32,000 nucleotides of DNA from an uncultured archaeon (lineage in GTDB: Archaea > Micrarchaeota > Micrarchaeia > Micrarchaeales > CABMGC01), in the NCBI GenBank assembly GCA_963704435.1, contig OY969902.1, positions 570,001 through 602,000 on the forward strand. Reading direction: 5' to 3'. The notes beneath the pieces are model-generated. The model searched no databases. It worked only from the letters and a program-made list of their open reading frames with translations, and was not told the origin of the DNA. How positions within the stretch are numbered: the stretch's first letter is position 1; every line of letters starts with the position of its first letter. A program made the translations under genes and the position numbers. Below are positions 1 through 7,581 of the stretch, in pieces.

Positions 1-36
1 CCTCCTTGTGGGGGAAAGTATGAAACTGGTCGCCTT

Positions 37-66
37 GCCAGCACACTTCTGTGTGCTGGCCTTTTC
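37..66 (+). terminator. Perfect 10-bp stem / 4-nt loop hairpin followed by a T-rich tract; candidate 3' structure or terminator of an off-window upstream gene
   Basis: GCCAGCACAC(37-46)-TTCT-GTGTGCTGGC(51-60) is a perfect inverted repeat. It is followed by CTTTTCC. It lies upstream of the radA promoter region. Confidence 0.35.
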
Positions 67-173
67 CTTATTCACTGCTTATAAGAATAAAAACCCTATT
101 CACGGTGCGCCGAGTCAAAACCTTTAACTTCTTTGTCGTGCCTAATTCTCATGTTTAACGGAGCGGCGGTCGG

Positions 174-1124
174 ATGGCGAAAGAGAAGAGCATCAAGGAG
201 ATAGAGGACCTTCCCGGAATAGGGCCAGCCACCGCCGAGAAACTGCGCGCCGCAGGGTACGAAAACATCGAGAAGGTGGCCGCCTCGGCGCCCTACGTCC
301 TGTCCGAGCTGCTGGGGATAAGCGCCGAGAACGCCAAGAAGGCCATAGAGGCAGCCAGGCAGGCGACGAACATAGAGGTAGAGACCGCCCAGCAGGCCTA
401 CGAGAAGAGGAAGGCCATAGGAAGGATAGCCACGGGCTCGAAGGGCCTGGACGAGCTGCTCGGCGGAGGGGTGGAGACCAACGGCATAACCGAGGTCTAC
501 GGCAGGTTCGCCACCGGGAAGACCCAGCTGGGCTTCCAGCTCTCGGTCAACGTCCAGCTCCCTATCGGGAAGGGGGGCCTTGACGGCGCGGTGCTGTTCA
601 TAGACACCGAAGGCACTTTCAGGCCTGAGAGGATCGAGGCGGTCGCGAAGGCGGCGGACCTTGACTCCAAGAAGATATTGGACAACATATTCGTCTCAAG
701 GGTCACCACGACCGACCAGCAGATCCTGACGATTGAGAGGGCGGACAAGCTGGTCAGGGACAAGAACGTCAAGCTCATAGTGGTCGACTCGCTCATGTCG
801 CTGTTCAGGTCGGAGTTCATGGGCAGGGGCGCGCTGAACGAGAGGCAGCAGAAGCTCAACCAGCACATACACAAGCTGCAGAAGCTGTCCGACGACCACT
901 CCCTCGCGGTCTACATAACCAACCAGGTCATGGACAACCCAGGCATCCTGTTCGGCGACCCGACGACTCCGGTGGGAGGGAACATCGTGGCGCACGCGGC
1001 CACGACCCGGCTCTACATAAGGAAGAGCAAGGAGGACAAGAGGATAGTCCGGCTGGTGGACTCCCCGAACATGCCCGAGGGCGAGACCGTCATAAAGATA
1101 ACGACCAACGGGATAAAGGATTGA
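174..1124 (+). CDS. radA: DNA repair and recombination protein RadA
   Basis: 316 aa. N-terminal helix-hairpin-helix LPGIGPATAEKL, Walker A GRFATGKTQ, Walker B KLIVVDS, and a RadA/Rad51 core (GGNIVAHAATTRLYIRK). Confidence 0.95.
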   Translation: MAKEKSIKEIEDLPGIGPATAEKLRAAGYENIEKVAASAPYVLSELLGISAENAKKAIEAARQATNIEVETAQQAYEKRKAIGRIATGSKGLDELLGGGVETNGITEVYGRFATGKTQLGFQLSVNVQLPIGKGGLDGAVLFIDTEGTFRPERIEAVAKAADLDSKKILDNIFVSRVTTTDQQILTIERADKLVRDKNVKLIVVDSLMSLFRSEFMGRGALNERQQKLNQHIHKLQKLSDDHSLAVYITNQVMDNPGILFGDPTTPVGGNIVAHAATTRLYIRKSKEDKRIVRLVDSPNMPEGETVIKITTNGIKD

Positions 1125-1168
1125 GCCTCCTTTTATTCCAGATTTCCGCGCTTTTTGGGTGATACGCC

Positions 1169-1942
1169 ATGCTATCCATAATCGGCCTCGGCTTGGACTT
1201 CCGGGACATATCCTTGAGGGCGATGGACGCGGCGAGGAAGGCGGACGTGCTGCTCCTGGAGGCATACACCTCATTCCTGCCGGACGGATACGTCGAATAC
1301 TTGGAGAAGGAGGCCGGGAAGAAGGCTGCTCCCCTGAAAAGGCAGGACCTTGAGGACAACGTGAAGACAACGGTCGGCAGGGCAAAGGACATGGACGTCG
1401 CCCTGCTAGTTCCTGGGGACCCCCTCGTCGCGACGACGCACCACCTGATCATCAACACGGCAAGGAAGCTGGGCGTGGAAGTCGCGGTATTCCACTCGGC
1501 AAGTGCGTTCACGGCCGCCATCGGGGAGAGCGGTCTTGACCTATACAAGTTCGGCCCTACCGCCACGGTACCCTTCTGGCACAGGAACTACGAGCCGACA
1601 TCGTTCCTTGACGTGGTGGATAGGAACCTGAGGAACGGGGAGCACACGCTCCTGCTTCTGGACGTGCAGCAGGAGCAGCACAGGCCCATGAGCATATCCG
1701 AAGCGGTCGGCATACTGAAGGGCGCGAAGGCAAAAAGGGGTGGCGGCCTCATAAGGGACGGCCTAAAGGTGATCGTACTCGCCAATGCGGGGAGGGAGGA
1801 CAGGTTCGCAGACTACCTTGCGCTTGGGGAGGCGGAAAAGAAGCTAGGGAAGGCACTTTCAGGCAAGGCGCTGTCGATCATCGTGCCCGCTAAGATGAGC
1901 TTCGCCGAAGAGGAGAACCTAAGCTCCGCGCTTTCCGGTTGA
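1169..1942 (+). CDS. dphB: Diphthine synthase (Dph5/DphB, tetrapyrrole-methylase fold)
   Basis: 257 aa. N-terminus MLSIIGLGL..DISLRA, PGDPLVATTH motif, and length and layout typical of archaeal diphthine synthase. Confidence 0.88.
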   Translation: MLSIIGLGLDFRDISLRAMDAARKADVLLLEAYTSFLPDGYVEYLEKEAGKKAAPLKRQDLEDNVKTTVGRAKDMDVALLVPGDPLVATTHHLIINTARKLGVEVAVFHSASAFTAAIGESGLDLYKFGPTATVPFWHRNYEPTSFLDVVDRNLRNGEHTLLLLDVQQEQHRPMSISEAVGILKGAKAKRGGGLIRDGLKVIVLANAGREDRFADYLALGEAEKKLGKALSGKALSIIVPAKMSFAEEENLSSALSG

Positions 1943-2995
1943 CCTGCCCTTCACCTTCCAGTACTTGAGCGTATAGACGAGGAACAGCCCGCTCACTCCT
2001 TCCAGGAACCAGGTGCTGCCTATCCTGAAGAATATCGCTATGGCCGACGCGATGCCGAACGTGATCCCCAGACCCGGGAAGAACGCCACGAGATAGCCGA
2101 TGAGCGCCGCATCGGTGACGCCCAGCGTTCCAGGTACGCCGCTCACCATCCCGAACAGCAGCGCCGAGGTGTAGATGAACAGTATGGTGGGCAGGTAATA
2201 CACAGTAAGGGGTATCCCGAAACTGAGGATTATGAAATAGAGCCCCACGCCGTTGAGGACAACCGAGGGTATCGTGAACAGCATGGCATAGGCGTAGGCG
2301 CCCTTGTCGAGCAGCTTGTGGCTCTCGAAGTAGGTGTCGCCCATCTCGAAGAACCCGCTCAGCCGCTTATGCTTCCCGAACCTCCTCTTGATGTACTCGA
2401 AGGGCTTCCTCGTGTATATGAAGACGAAGGGAAGGAGCAGCAGGGCGCTTATCACCAGGGATATCCCAAGATACTTGTGCACGAGGAACGACGATACCAG
2501 CACCACCGCTACGAAGCCAAGGAAGTCGGTGAATATGTCCGCCACCACTGCGGGGAACGTCCTGGCGAACTTGGTTCCGGTCTGCTTGTTCAGGGTGTAG
2601 GAAACGACCGCCCTTCCCCATCTTCCGGGCGTTATGTCCATGAAGAACATCGACATGTATACCTGCAGGTTCTTCAGGCGGCTGATCTTCACGCCCAGCT
2701 TCCTGATGAACATGTCCCACTTAGGGAAGCCGATGAGGTCGCTGAGGAAGAACGACAGCAGCGCCGCCGCGAAGTAGAGGGGGTTTACCGAGGCGAGGGT
2801 GCCGAGGAACTTCCCCGCGCCCTCGTTTATGATCGCGAGAGCAGCTATTACGGCGAAGACGACGAGACTGAAGGCGAGCACGGTCATTACCGCATACTTG
2901 GCCTTGCTGAGTCCGGACTTCCGCCTCCCGTCTCTACTTGCAGCGCCCTTTTTTCCAACCATTCCGAAGTCGCCCTGACGATACACGAAGTTCAA
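1919..2995 (-). CDS. Polytopic membrane protein, UPF0104 / flippase-like (LPG-synthase-TM-like) family
   Basis: 358 aa with about 8 hydrophobic segments and a basic N-terminus. Family-like motifs ITPGRWGRAVVSYTL, GVPGTLGVTDAALIGYL and AIFFRIGSTWF. The 3' end overlaps dphB convergently by 24 nt. The start could also be the internal Met (MVGKKG). Confidence 0.65.
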   Translation of the reverse strand: MNFVYRQGDFGMVGKKGAASRDGRRKSGLSKAKYAVMTVLAFSLVVFAVIAALAIINEGAGKFLGTLASVNPLYFAAALLSFFLSDLIGFPKWDMFIRKLGVKISRLKNLQVYMSMFFMDITPGRWGRAVVSYTLNKQTGTKFARTFPAVVADIFTDFLGFVAVVLVSSFLVHKYLGISLVISALLLLPFVFIYTRKPFEYIKRRFGKHKRLSGFFEMGDTYFESHKLLDKGAYAYAMLFTIPSVVLNGVGLYFIILSFGIPLTVYYLPTILFIYTSALLFGMVSGVPGTLGVTDAALIGYLVAFFPGLGITFGIASAIAIFFRIGSTWFLEGVSGLFLVYTLKYWKVKGRSTGKRGA

Positions 2996-3044
2996 ACTTA
3001 ATAATATCTCGCTCGCAATAGCTACTGGTTGAAGGGGTAGGCGG

Positions 3045-4202
3045 ATGCTGGAGCTCAGGTGTGGCGGCAGGGGAGCGGTTTCGGCCGCGGACGATCCGAC
3101 CCGCGACGTACTGAGGAGGGGCTTCTACGGATCCCAGTCCGGAAGGGAGCTTTCGCTCGGGATAGAGGAGAGCCTCTACCTCATCGACGTGCGGAACGCG
3201 GCCTGCACCCGCGGTGGCAGGACCCTCACGTTCGGGGAGCTCGCCTCCGGGTTCTGGAAATCCAGGAAGTTCATGGCGCGGTATTTCTCATACAAGGACT
3301 GGCGCGAGCGCGGACTCGTGGCCATCAGCCCGAAGAAGCGCTATACGCCGCCAAACAGCACCCCGGTCAGGCAGTATCCCTCGTCGTCATTCCACCTTCC
3401 GAGATACGACCTCCACGGCGTGTTCTTCAAGACCGACCTTATGACCGTGGTGGCAGAGGAGGAGCAGGGGAAGGAGCTCTACGAGAACCACTGGCTCGGC
3501 CAGTACGGCTCCTACAAGGCGTCCGACAGGGGCAGGCTTAACAAGCTCGACGTGTACGAGGCGCTGTTCCTCATCGAGAAGGGCGCTCTCTCCCTGGAGA
3601 ACGCGACGAAGGCGGAGCTCCTGAAGGACGCGCGGCGAAGGCACGCGGATTTCCAGAGCCTGTACGGGGTCTACAAGGACTGGCGAGAGAAGGGATACGT
3701 CGTGAAGACAGGATTCAAGTTCGGGACCCACTTCAGGGTATACTTCCCGGGCGCAAGGCCGATGAGGAGGGACGATCGGGGTTGGGCCCACTCCCGGCAC
3801 GTAATACACGTCTTCCCCAAGAACTCGCGGCTGCTCATATCCGAATGGGCGAGGGCGATACGCGTCGCGCACTCGGTGAGGAAGACCTTCATACTCGCGG
3901 TGCCCGGCAGGACCGGAGGCGGGAGGGTGGAAGTGGACTTCATACTCTACCACCGGCACGGAGGGGTCGCGGACAACCCGCAGAACGCAAGGCCCAAGTA
4001 CGCGATGCTGTCGTTGGGGGAGGAGGAGTACATCGGCGGGCAGGAGCTGTACAAGGCGATAAACGAGGCGAAGAAGAGAAGGATGGAGCTCATACTTGCC
4101 ATCGCGGACAGGGAGACGGCAGTGACCTACTATCGGGTGACACGGATAAGGATGCCCAGGAGCAGGCACGACTACTTCGAGATTGACTGGTTCCAACCCT
4201 GA
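3045..4202 (+). CDS. endA: tRNA-splicing endonuclease, unusually long three-unit architecture
   Basis: 385 aa. N-terminal EndA-like unit (RRGFYGSQ..LSLGIEESLYLIDV). Central catalytic unit with GFKFGTHFRVYFPG, HSRHVIHVF and AHSVRKTFILAV (the Tyr/His/Lys context of EndA). Extra C-terminal unit (ELILAIADRETAVTYYRV). Confidence 0.85.
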   Translation: MLELRCGGRGAVSAADDPTRDVLRRGFYGSQSGRELSLGIEESLYLIDVRNAACTRGGRTLTFGELASGFWKSRKFMARYFSYKDWRERGLVAISPKKRYTPPNSTPVRQYPSSSFHLPRYDLHGVFFKTDLMTVVAEEEQGKELYENHWLGQYGSYKASDRGRLNKLDVYEALFLIEKGALSLENATKAELLKDARRRHADFQSLYGVYKDWREKGYVVKTGFKFGTHFRVYFPGARPMRRDDRGWAHSRHVIHVFPKNSRLLISEWARAIRVAHSVRKTFILAVPGRTGGGRVEVDFILYHRHGGVADNPQNARPKYAMLSLGEEEYIGGQELYKAINEAKKRRMELILAIADRETAVTYYRVTRIRMPRSRHDYFEIDWFQP

Positions 4203-4346
4203 GAGCGGAGGAGCGCAATTCCAGTCAAAGTGCAGTAAGAAGCGTGCGGCCTTCCGAAATAGGAGAATTCCTGGCTTCACGGAATAGCCTTTTTAATATT
4301 TGCATCGATATACCTACAGCTGTTAAAGGCGACAAAAGGCGATAAA

Positions 4347-4625
4347 ATGAAGCTGTCCGAACTTTATAGGATGGATGTGTATAGCGATGCAGGCCAGTAC
4401 CTCGGAGAGGTGCAGGACGTGATAGTTGACCTGGAGAAGGGAGAGATAAGCAGGCTCCTCATGATTCCGTGGAAGACCGCGAAGGGAGACGTGAAGACAA
4501 CGCTCAGGCAGAAGAGCATACTCTACAAGAGCGTCAAGAACGTGGAGGACGTCGTGCTGGTTTCTGCGCCGAACGTTGCGGTCGACAACACTACGAAAGA
4601 CGAGGTAAACGACCTCTCCAGGTAG
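4347..4625 (+). CDS. Small stand-alone PRC-barrel domain protein
   Basis: 92 aa. MKLSELYRMDVYSDAGQYLGEVQDVIVDLEKGEISRLLM matches the PRC-barrel N-terminal pattern (V.d..G..lG.V.dv.vd...g.i..l). Confidence 0.8.
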   Translation: MKLSELYRMDVYSDAGQYLGEVQDVIVDLEKGEISRLLMIPWKTAKGDVKTTLRQKSILYKSVKNVEDVVLVSAPNVAVDNTTKDEVNDLSR

Positions 4626-4696
4626 TCGGCGTTCGTTCCCAGCAGGCAACTGCCAGTTGTTTTGAAGGCCAGCGCGAGCTTCGGATTCCAGTCCTT

Positions 4697-5332
4697 TCAC
4701 TTCCCGAGCTCAGAGTCCACCACCATTGCAATCCTCTTGTGGATCTCCTCAGGGCGCTCTCTTCCGTCCAGGCGGACCCACTTTTCAGTGCCGAACCCCT
4801 CGCGGATCATCCTTTCGTAGAATTCGCATATGCGCTCCTGGAAGGCCCTGTCGCTCTCGTGCGCGTCGCTGTTCCTGTTCTCGTCGTTCACCCTCTGCCT
4901 CTCCTTCCTGGCCATGGCCTCCTGCACCGGGAGGTCGATGTAGAACACGATGTCGGGCCTCTGAAGCGCGAAAAGTTCCTCGATGCTTTTGGCTTTCCCA
5001 TAGTCGAATCCGCTTGCCGACTGGTATGCCACGGTGCTGATGAAATACCTGTCCATTATCAGGATCTTTCCCGCCCTGAGCTCCTCGCTTACCTCTGCGC
5101 GGTCCTTTATCATGTCTATCAGGTACAGCATGAAGAGCTCCTCGACGCCGCTCAGGACTCTCTTCCTGTCCAAGTATTCCCTAATCATCCTCCCGTAGTC
5201 CCGGTCGTAATCAGGGTAGTGGCGGTACCATACCTTCTGCCCTCGCTTTGACAGGTGCTCCTCAAGGAGCTTGAGCTGGGTGCCCTTCCCTGTGCCGTCG
5301 ATGCCTTCAATCACGAAAAGCTTCCCCTTCAA
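4697..5332 (-). CDS. tmk: Thymidylate kinase (canonical)
   Basis: 211 aa. P-loop EGIDGTGKGTQ, DRY motif (MDRYFISTVAYQ), basic LID-like segment. The start codon is TTG at 5332-5330. Confidence 0.9.
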   Translation of the reverse strand: MKGKLFVIEGIDGTGKGTQLKLLEEHLSKRGQKVWYRHYPDYDRDYGRMIREYLDRKRVLSGVEELFMLYLIDMIKDRAEVSEELRAGKILIMDRYFISTVAYQSASGFDYGKAKSIEELFALQRPDIVFYIDLPVQEAMARKERQRVNDENRNSDAHESDRAFQERICEFYERMIREGFGTEKWVRLDGRERPEEIHKRIAMVVDSELGK

Positions 5333-5432
5333 GAAATCACGGCCCTAGCGTGTATTTGGACGCAGCCTATTTTATTATTTCCATAAGGCGGCCGGGCCAA
5401 GGGGCGCAGGCTTATAAAAAAGCTCGTCGAAT

Positions 5433-6068
5433 ATGAATACGGGCGTTTCTACGGCTGCTAGGGGCAAATTCATAGTGTTAGAGGGACTGGACGGTGCTGG
5501 GATATCCACCCAGGCGCCCCGCCTGGAGCAGCACCTGAAGGCGTGCGGCTGCAAGACCCTCCTGACCAAGGAGCCGACGTCGAACCAGATCGGCAAGTTC
5601 ATAAAGTCCGCCCTGAACGAGGACTGGCGTGCGACCTCGAAATCCCTGCAGCTGCTCTTCATCGCCGACAGGGCAAAGCATCTCGAGGACGAGATAGAGC
5701 CCGCGCTTGAGGCGGGCAGGTTCGTAATCTGCAACAGGTATTTCTTCTCCACGCTCGCCTATGGCTTCGCGACAGGAGTCAACTTCGAGTGGCTGTACGC
5801 GGCGAACAAGACATTCAGGGTGCCCGACCTCACGATATTCGTCGACATCTCCCCTGACCTCTCGATGAGCCGGATAATGAAGGGCAAGGAGAGGAGGGAG
5901 ATATTCGAGAAAAGGGAGATGCAGGGCAAGGTCAGGAAGGCATACCTGAACCTGGCGAAGAAATTCAAGTTCAGGATAGTCAACGGAGAGAACGGCGTGG
6001 ACGAGACGAGCGGAGAGATAACCAAGGTGGTCGACGCTTTCTTCAAGCTCAAGCCAAAGAATAAATAG
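5433..6068 (+). CDS. Thymidylate-kinase-like paralogue with degenerate catalytic motifs
   Basis: 211 aa. TMK fold motifs are retained (LTKEPTSNQIG, LLFIADRAKHL). The P-loop reads EGLDGAGISTQ (Lys replaced by Ile, ATA at 5502-5504). The DRY motif reads CNRYFFST (Asp replaced by Asn, AAC at 5733-5735). Confidence 0.8.
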   Translation: MNTGVSTAARGKFIVLEGLDGAGISTQAPRLEQHLKACGCKTLLTKEPTSNQIGKFIKSALNEDWRATSKSLQLLFIADRAKHLEDEIEPALEAGRFVICNRYFFSTLAYGFATGVNFEWLYAANKTFRVPDLTIFVDISPDLSMSRIMKGKERREIFEKREMQGKVRKAYLNLAKKFKFRIVNGENGVDETSGEITKVVDAFFKLKPKNK

Positions 6069-6090
6069 CGCGAGAGCGCAATAGGCTTCA

Positions 6091-6165
6091 GCTCCCATCG
6101 TCTAGTCCGGCCAAGGACATAGGGCTTTCAACCCTGTAACCCGGGTTCAAATCCCGGTGGGAGCA
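6091..6165 (+). tRNA. tRNA-Glu (anticodon UUC)
   Basis: A cloverleaf can be drawn by hand. Acceptor GCTCCCA/TGGGAGC, D-stem GTCT/GGAC, anticodon stem TAGGG/CCCTG with loop CTTTCAA (TTC), T-arm CCGGG-TTCAAAT-CCCGG, discriminator A. No encoded CCA and no intron. Confidence 0.93.
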
Positions 6166-6225
6166 AAGGAATATCTGCCGTCGCACTAGGCCGAAAATCC
6201 GTAGCCGCAAACCAGCCAAGGCATT

Positions 6226-6621
6226 TTAGAACATCAGGCGATAATTGGAATAGGCCAATTTCTCTTCTTTTGCACGCGCTTCAGCCCGATCCCGCACGCA
6301 GAGTGCTCGCACGGCCAGGCGGCGAACATGCTTGAATTTATTCCCGTTATCTTTTGTGCTTATGCGCCCGGTGCACGTAAGCGCGTTGGCGATTAATTGC
6401 TTTATCCTGTCGCGCTCGTCAGTACCCAGATTTAATTCCCTCAAATTGCGCTCATCAATCGCATCCCGCAATAAGCGGTGCAGATTCGCCGCCGCCACTC
6501 CCCACTCACTCCAAATGTTTCTCGGCGTATTGATGGTGATCTTCAGCGCGCTATCAAGCAGTCTTTCGAAACCGCCGCTCTCACCATGCGCATTTTCCCT
6601 TACCAACACGACCTTACTCAT
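6226..6621 (-). CDS. Hypothetical protein (orphan, lower GC3 than neighbours)
   Basis: 131 aa from the ATG at 6621; the track's 6633 start is a TTG. A TATA-like ATATTAAA lies 27 nt upstream of the ATG. I recognise no family motif. Confidence 0.5.
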   Translation of the reverse strand: MSKVVLVRENAHGESGGFERLLDSALKITINTPRNIWSEWGVAAANLHRLLRDAIDERNLRELNLGTDERDRIKQLIANALTCTGRISTKDNGNKFKHVRRLAVRALCVRDRAEARAKEEKLAYSNYRLMF

Positions 6622-6648
6622 CGTACCTTTCAACCATCTGTTTTCGTG

Positions 6649-6656
6649 TTTAATAT
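6649..6656 (-). promoter_or_regulatory. TATA-like box (ATATTAAA on minus strand) for the 6621 ORF
   Basis: AT-rich octamer 27 nt upstream of the ATG, suggesting a leaderless or near-leaderless mRNA. Confidence 0.35.
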
Positions 6657-6681
6657 CCTTTTGCCGTGTTTTATGAAACAG

Positions 6682-6689
6682 GATATAAG
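6682..6689 (+). promoter_or_regulatory. TATA-like box (GATATAAG) for the HTH regulator gene
   Basis: 21 nt separate the octamer from the ATG at 6711, consistent with a leaderless transcript. Confidence 0.4.
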
Positions 6690-6710
6690 CTTTGTCCGCG
6701 AATAGGAATC

Positions 6711-7577
6711 ATGAAGCGGAAGCCGGTGCTGAAGGAGGCGGAGTCAGAGCTAGGCTCGAACGGATACGCTACGGTGCTGGCGGGGAACATGCGGACCTGT
6801 GCGGACATATTCGCTCAGAAGAAGGGTGAGAAGCTCGCGATAAAGGTGGTGCGCAACATAGACTCCGTAAGCGAGAGGGAAGCGTCCGTGCTCTACAAGC
6901 TGTCGCGCTTCATCAACGCGGAGCCGATAATCGTCGGGGCGGTGTCAAGGAACGGCAGGCTCAGACATGGAATCAGCTACGACAGGTTCTCGGTCAGGTG
7001 CGTGTCCGCGGAGACCCTATCGAATCTCTCGGAAAGCCAGTGCCACCCCGCCTCGAAGGCGTTCGGGGTGAAGGTGAGGATAAGCGGTGCAAAGCTCAGG
7101 AGCCTCAGGAAGCTCGGCAACCTCTCCATAACCGAGCTCGCGCGCCGCGCTGGCCTGTCGAAGCACACGCTCTACAAGCACGAGAGGGCCGACAGCTACG
7201 CTTCGATGGCGACGGTATCGCGGCTCGAGATCGCGCTCAAGGAACCGATAAGGGCCGATGCTGAGGAGGAAAGTGCGCGCGCGCAAATGCGCACGGGAAG
7301 GCTCGCGAAAACCGGCATACTTGCGATAACGCTAAACAGCGCGCCTTTCGACATTGTTGCCAAGAACAAGAACTACTACGAAATCAGCCTGGAGGCGGAT
7401 CTCAGGACGCTCGTCAAGAGAGCGGAGCTGTTCAGGCTGATGCGCGAGAACTTCGAGGGCAACTACCCATTCTTCATAAGCGGCAGGAAAAGGTCCATAG
7501 GAGGAATCCCTGCAATAAGGAAGAAGGAGCTCATGGCATTCGCGTCTGAGGAAGAACTGCTGAATGCCGTCTTCTGA
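6711..7577 (+). CDS. Archaeal HTH (XRE/Cro-C1 type) transcriptional regulator, COG1395-like architecture
   Basis: 288 aa from the ATG at 6711; the track's GTG at 6666 would remove the promoter. Central HTH: LRSLRKLGNLSITELARRAGLSKHTLYKHERADSYASMATVSRLEIAL. Confidence 0.72.
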   Translation: MKRKPVLKEAESELGSNGYATVLAGNMRTCADIFAQKKGEKLAIKVVRNIDSVSEREASVLYKLSRFINAEPIIVGAVSRNGRLRHGISYDRFSVRCVSAETLSNLSESQCHPASKAFGVKVRISGAKLRSLRKLGNLSITELARRAGLSKHTLYKHERADSYASMATVSRLEIALKEPIRADAEEESARAQMRTGRLAKTGILAITLNSAPFDIVAKNKNYYEISLEADLRTLVKRAELFRLMRENFEGNYPFFISGRKRSIGGIPAIRKKELMAFASEEELLNAVF

Positions 7578-7581
7578 CGGT

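Noticed and set aside
174-1124. RadA Walker A reads GRFATGKTQ rather than the usual GEFGSGKTQ.
   Set aside because: The catalytic GKT and Walker B are intact. The variant residues are not known to me to be essential, so I treat this as lineage divergence.
696-1385. Long antisense or alternate-frame ORFs from the track. Examples: 696-1385(-), 3387-4280(-), 5478-6098(-), 7706-8452(-), 15971-17083(-), 19724-21046(-), 20851-21864(-), 29702-30397(+), 30425-30958(+).
   Set aside because: They are Arg/Pro/Gly/His-rich low-complexity translations lying opposite or out of frame to strongly recognisable genes. They are typical shadow ORFs in GC-rich coding DNA, with no motifs.
1919-1942. 24-nt convergent overlap of the dphB and UPF0104 gene 3' ends, with a similar 12-nt overlap of rpoP and the PRC-barrel gene at 23381-23392.
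   Set aside because: This is consistent with general genome compaction in the window. Nothing suggests a specific antisense regulatory function.
4640-4665. Short hairpin CAACT-GCC-AGTTG followed by TTTT, between the convergent PRC-barrel and tmk genes.
   Set aside because: It has only a 5-bp stem with a 3-nt loop. It may contribute to termination through the T-tract, but it is too weak to call as a feature.
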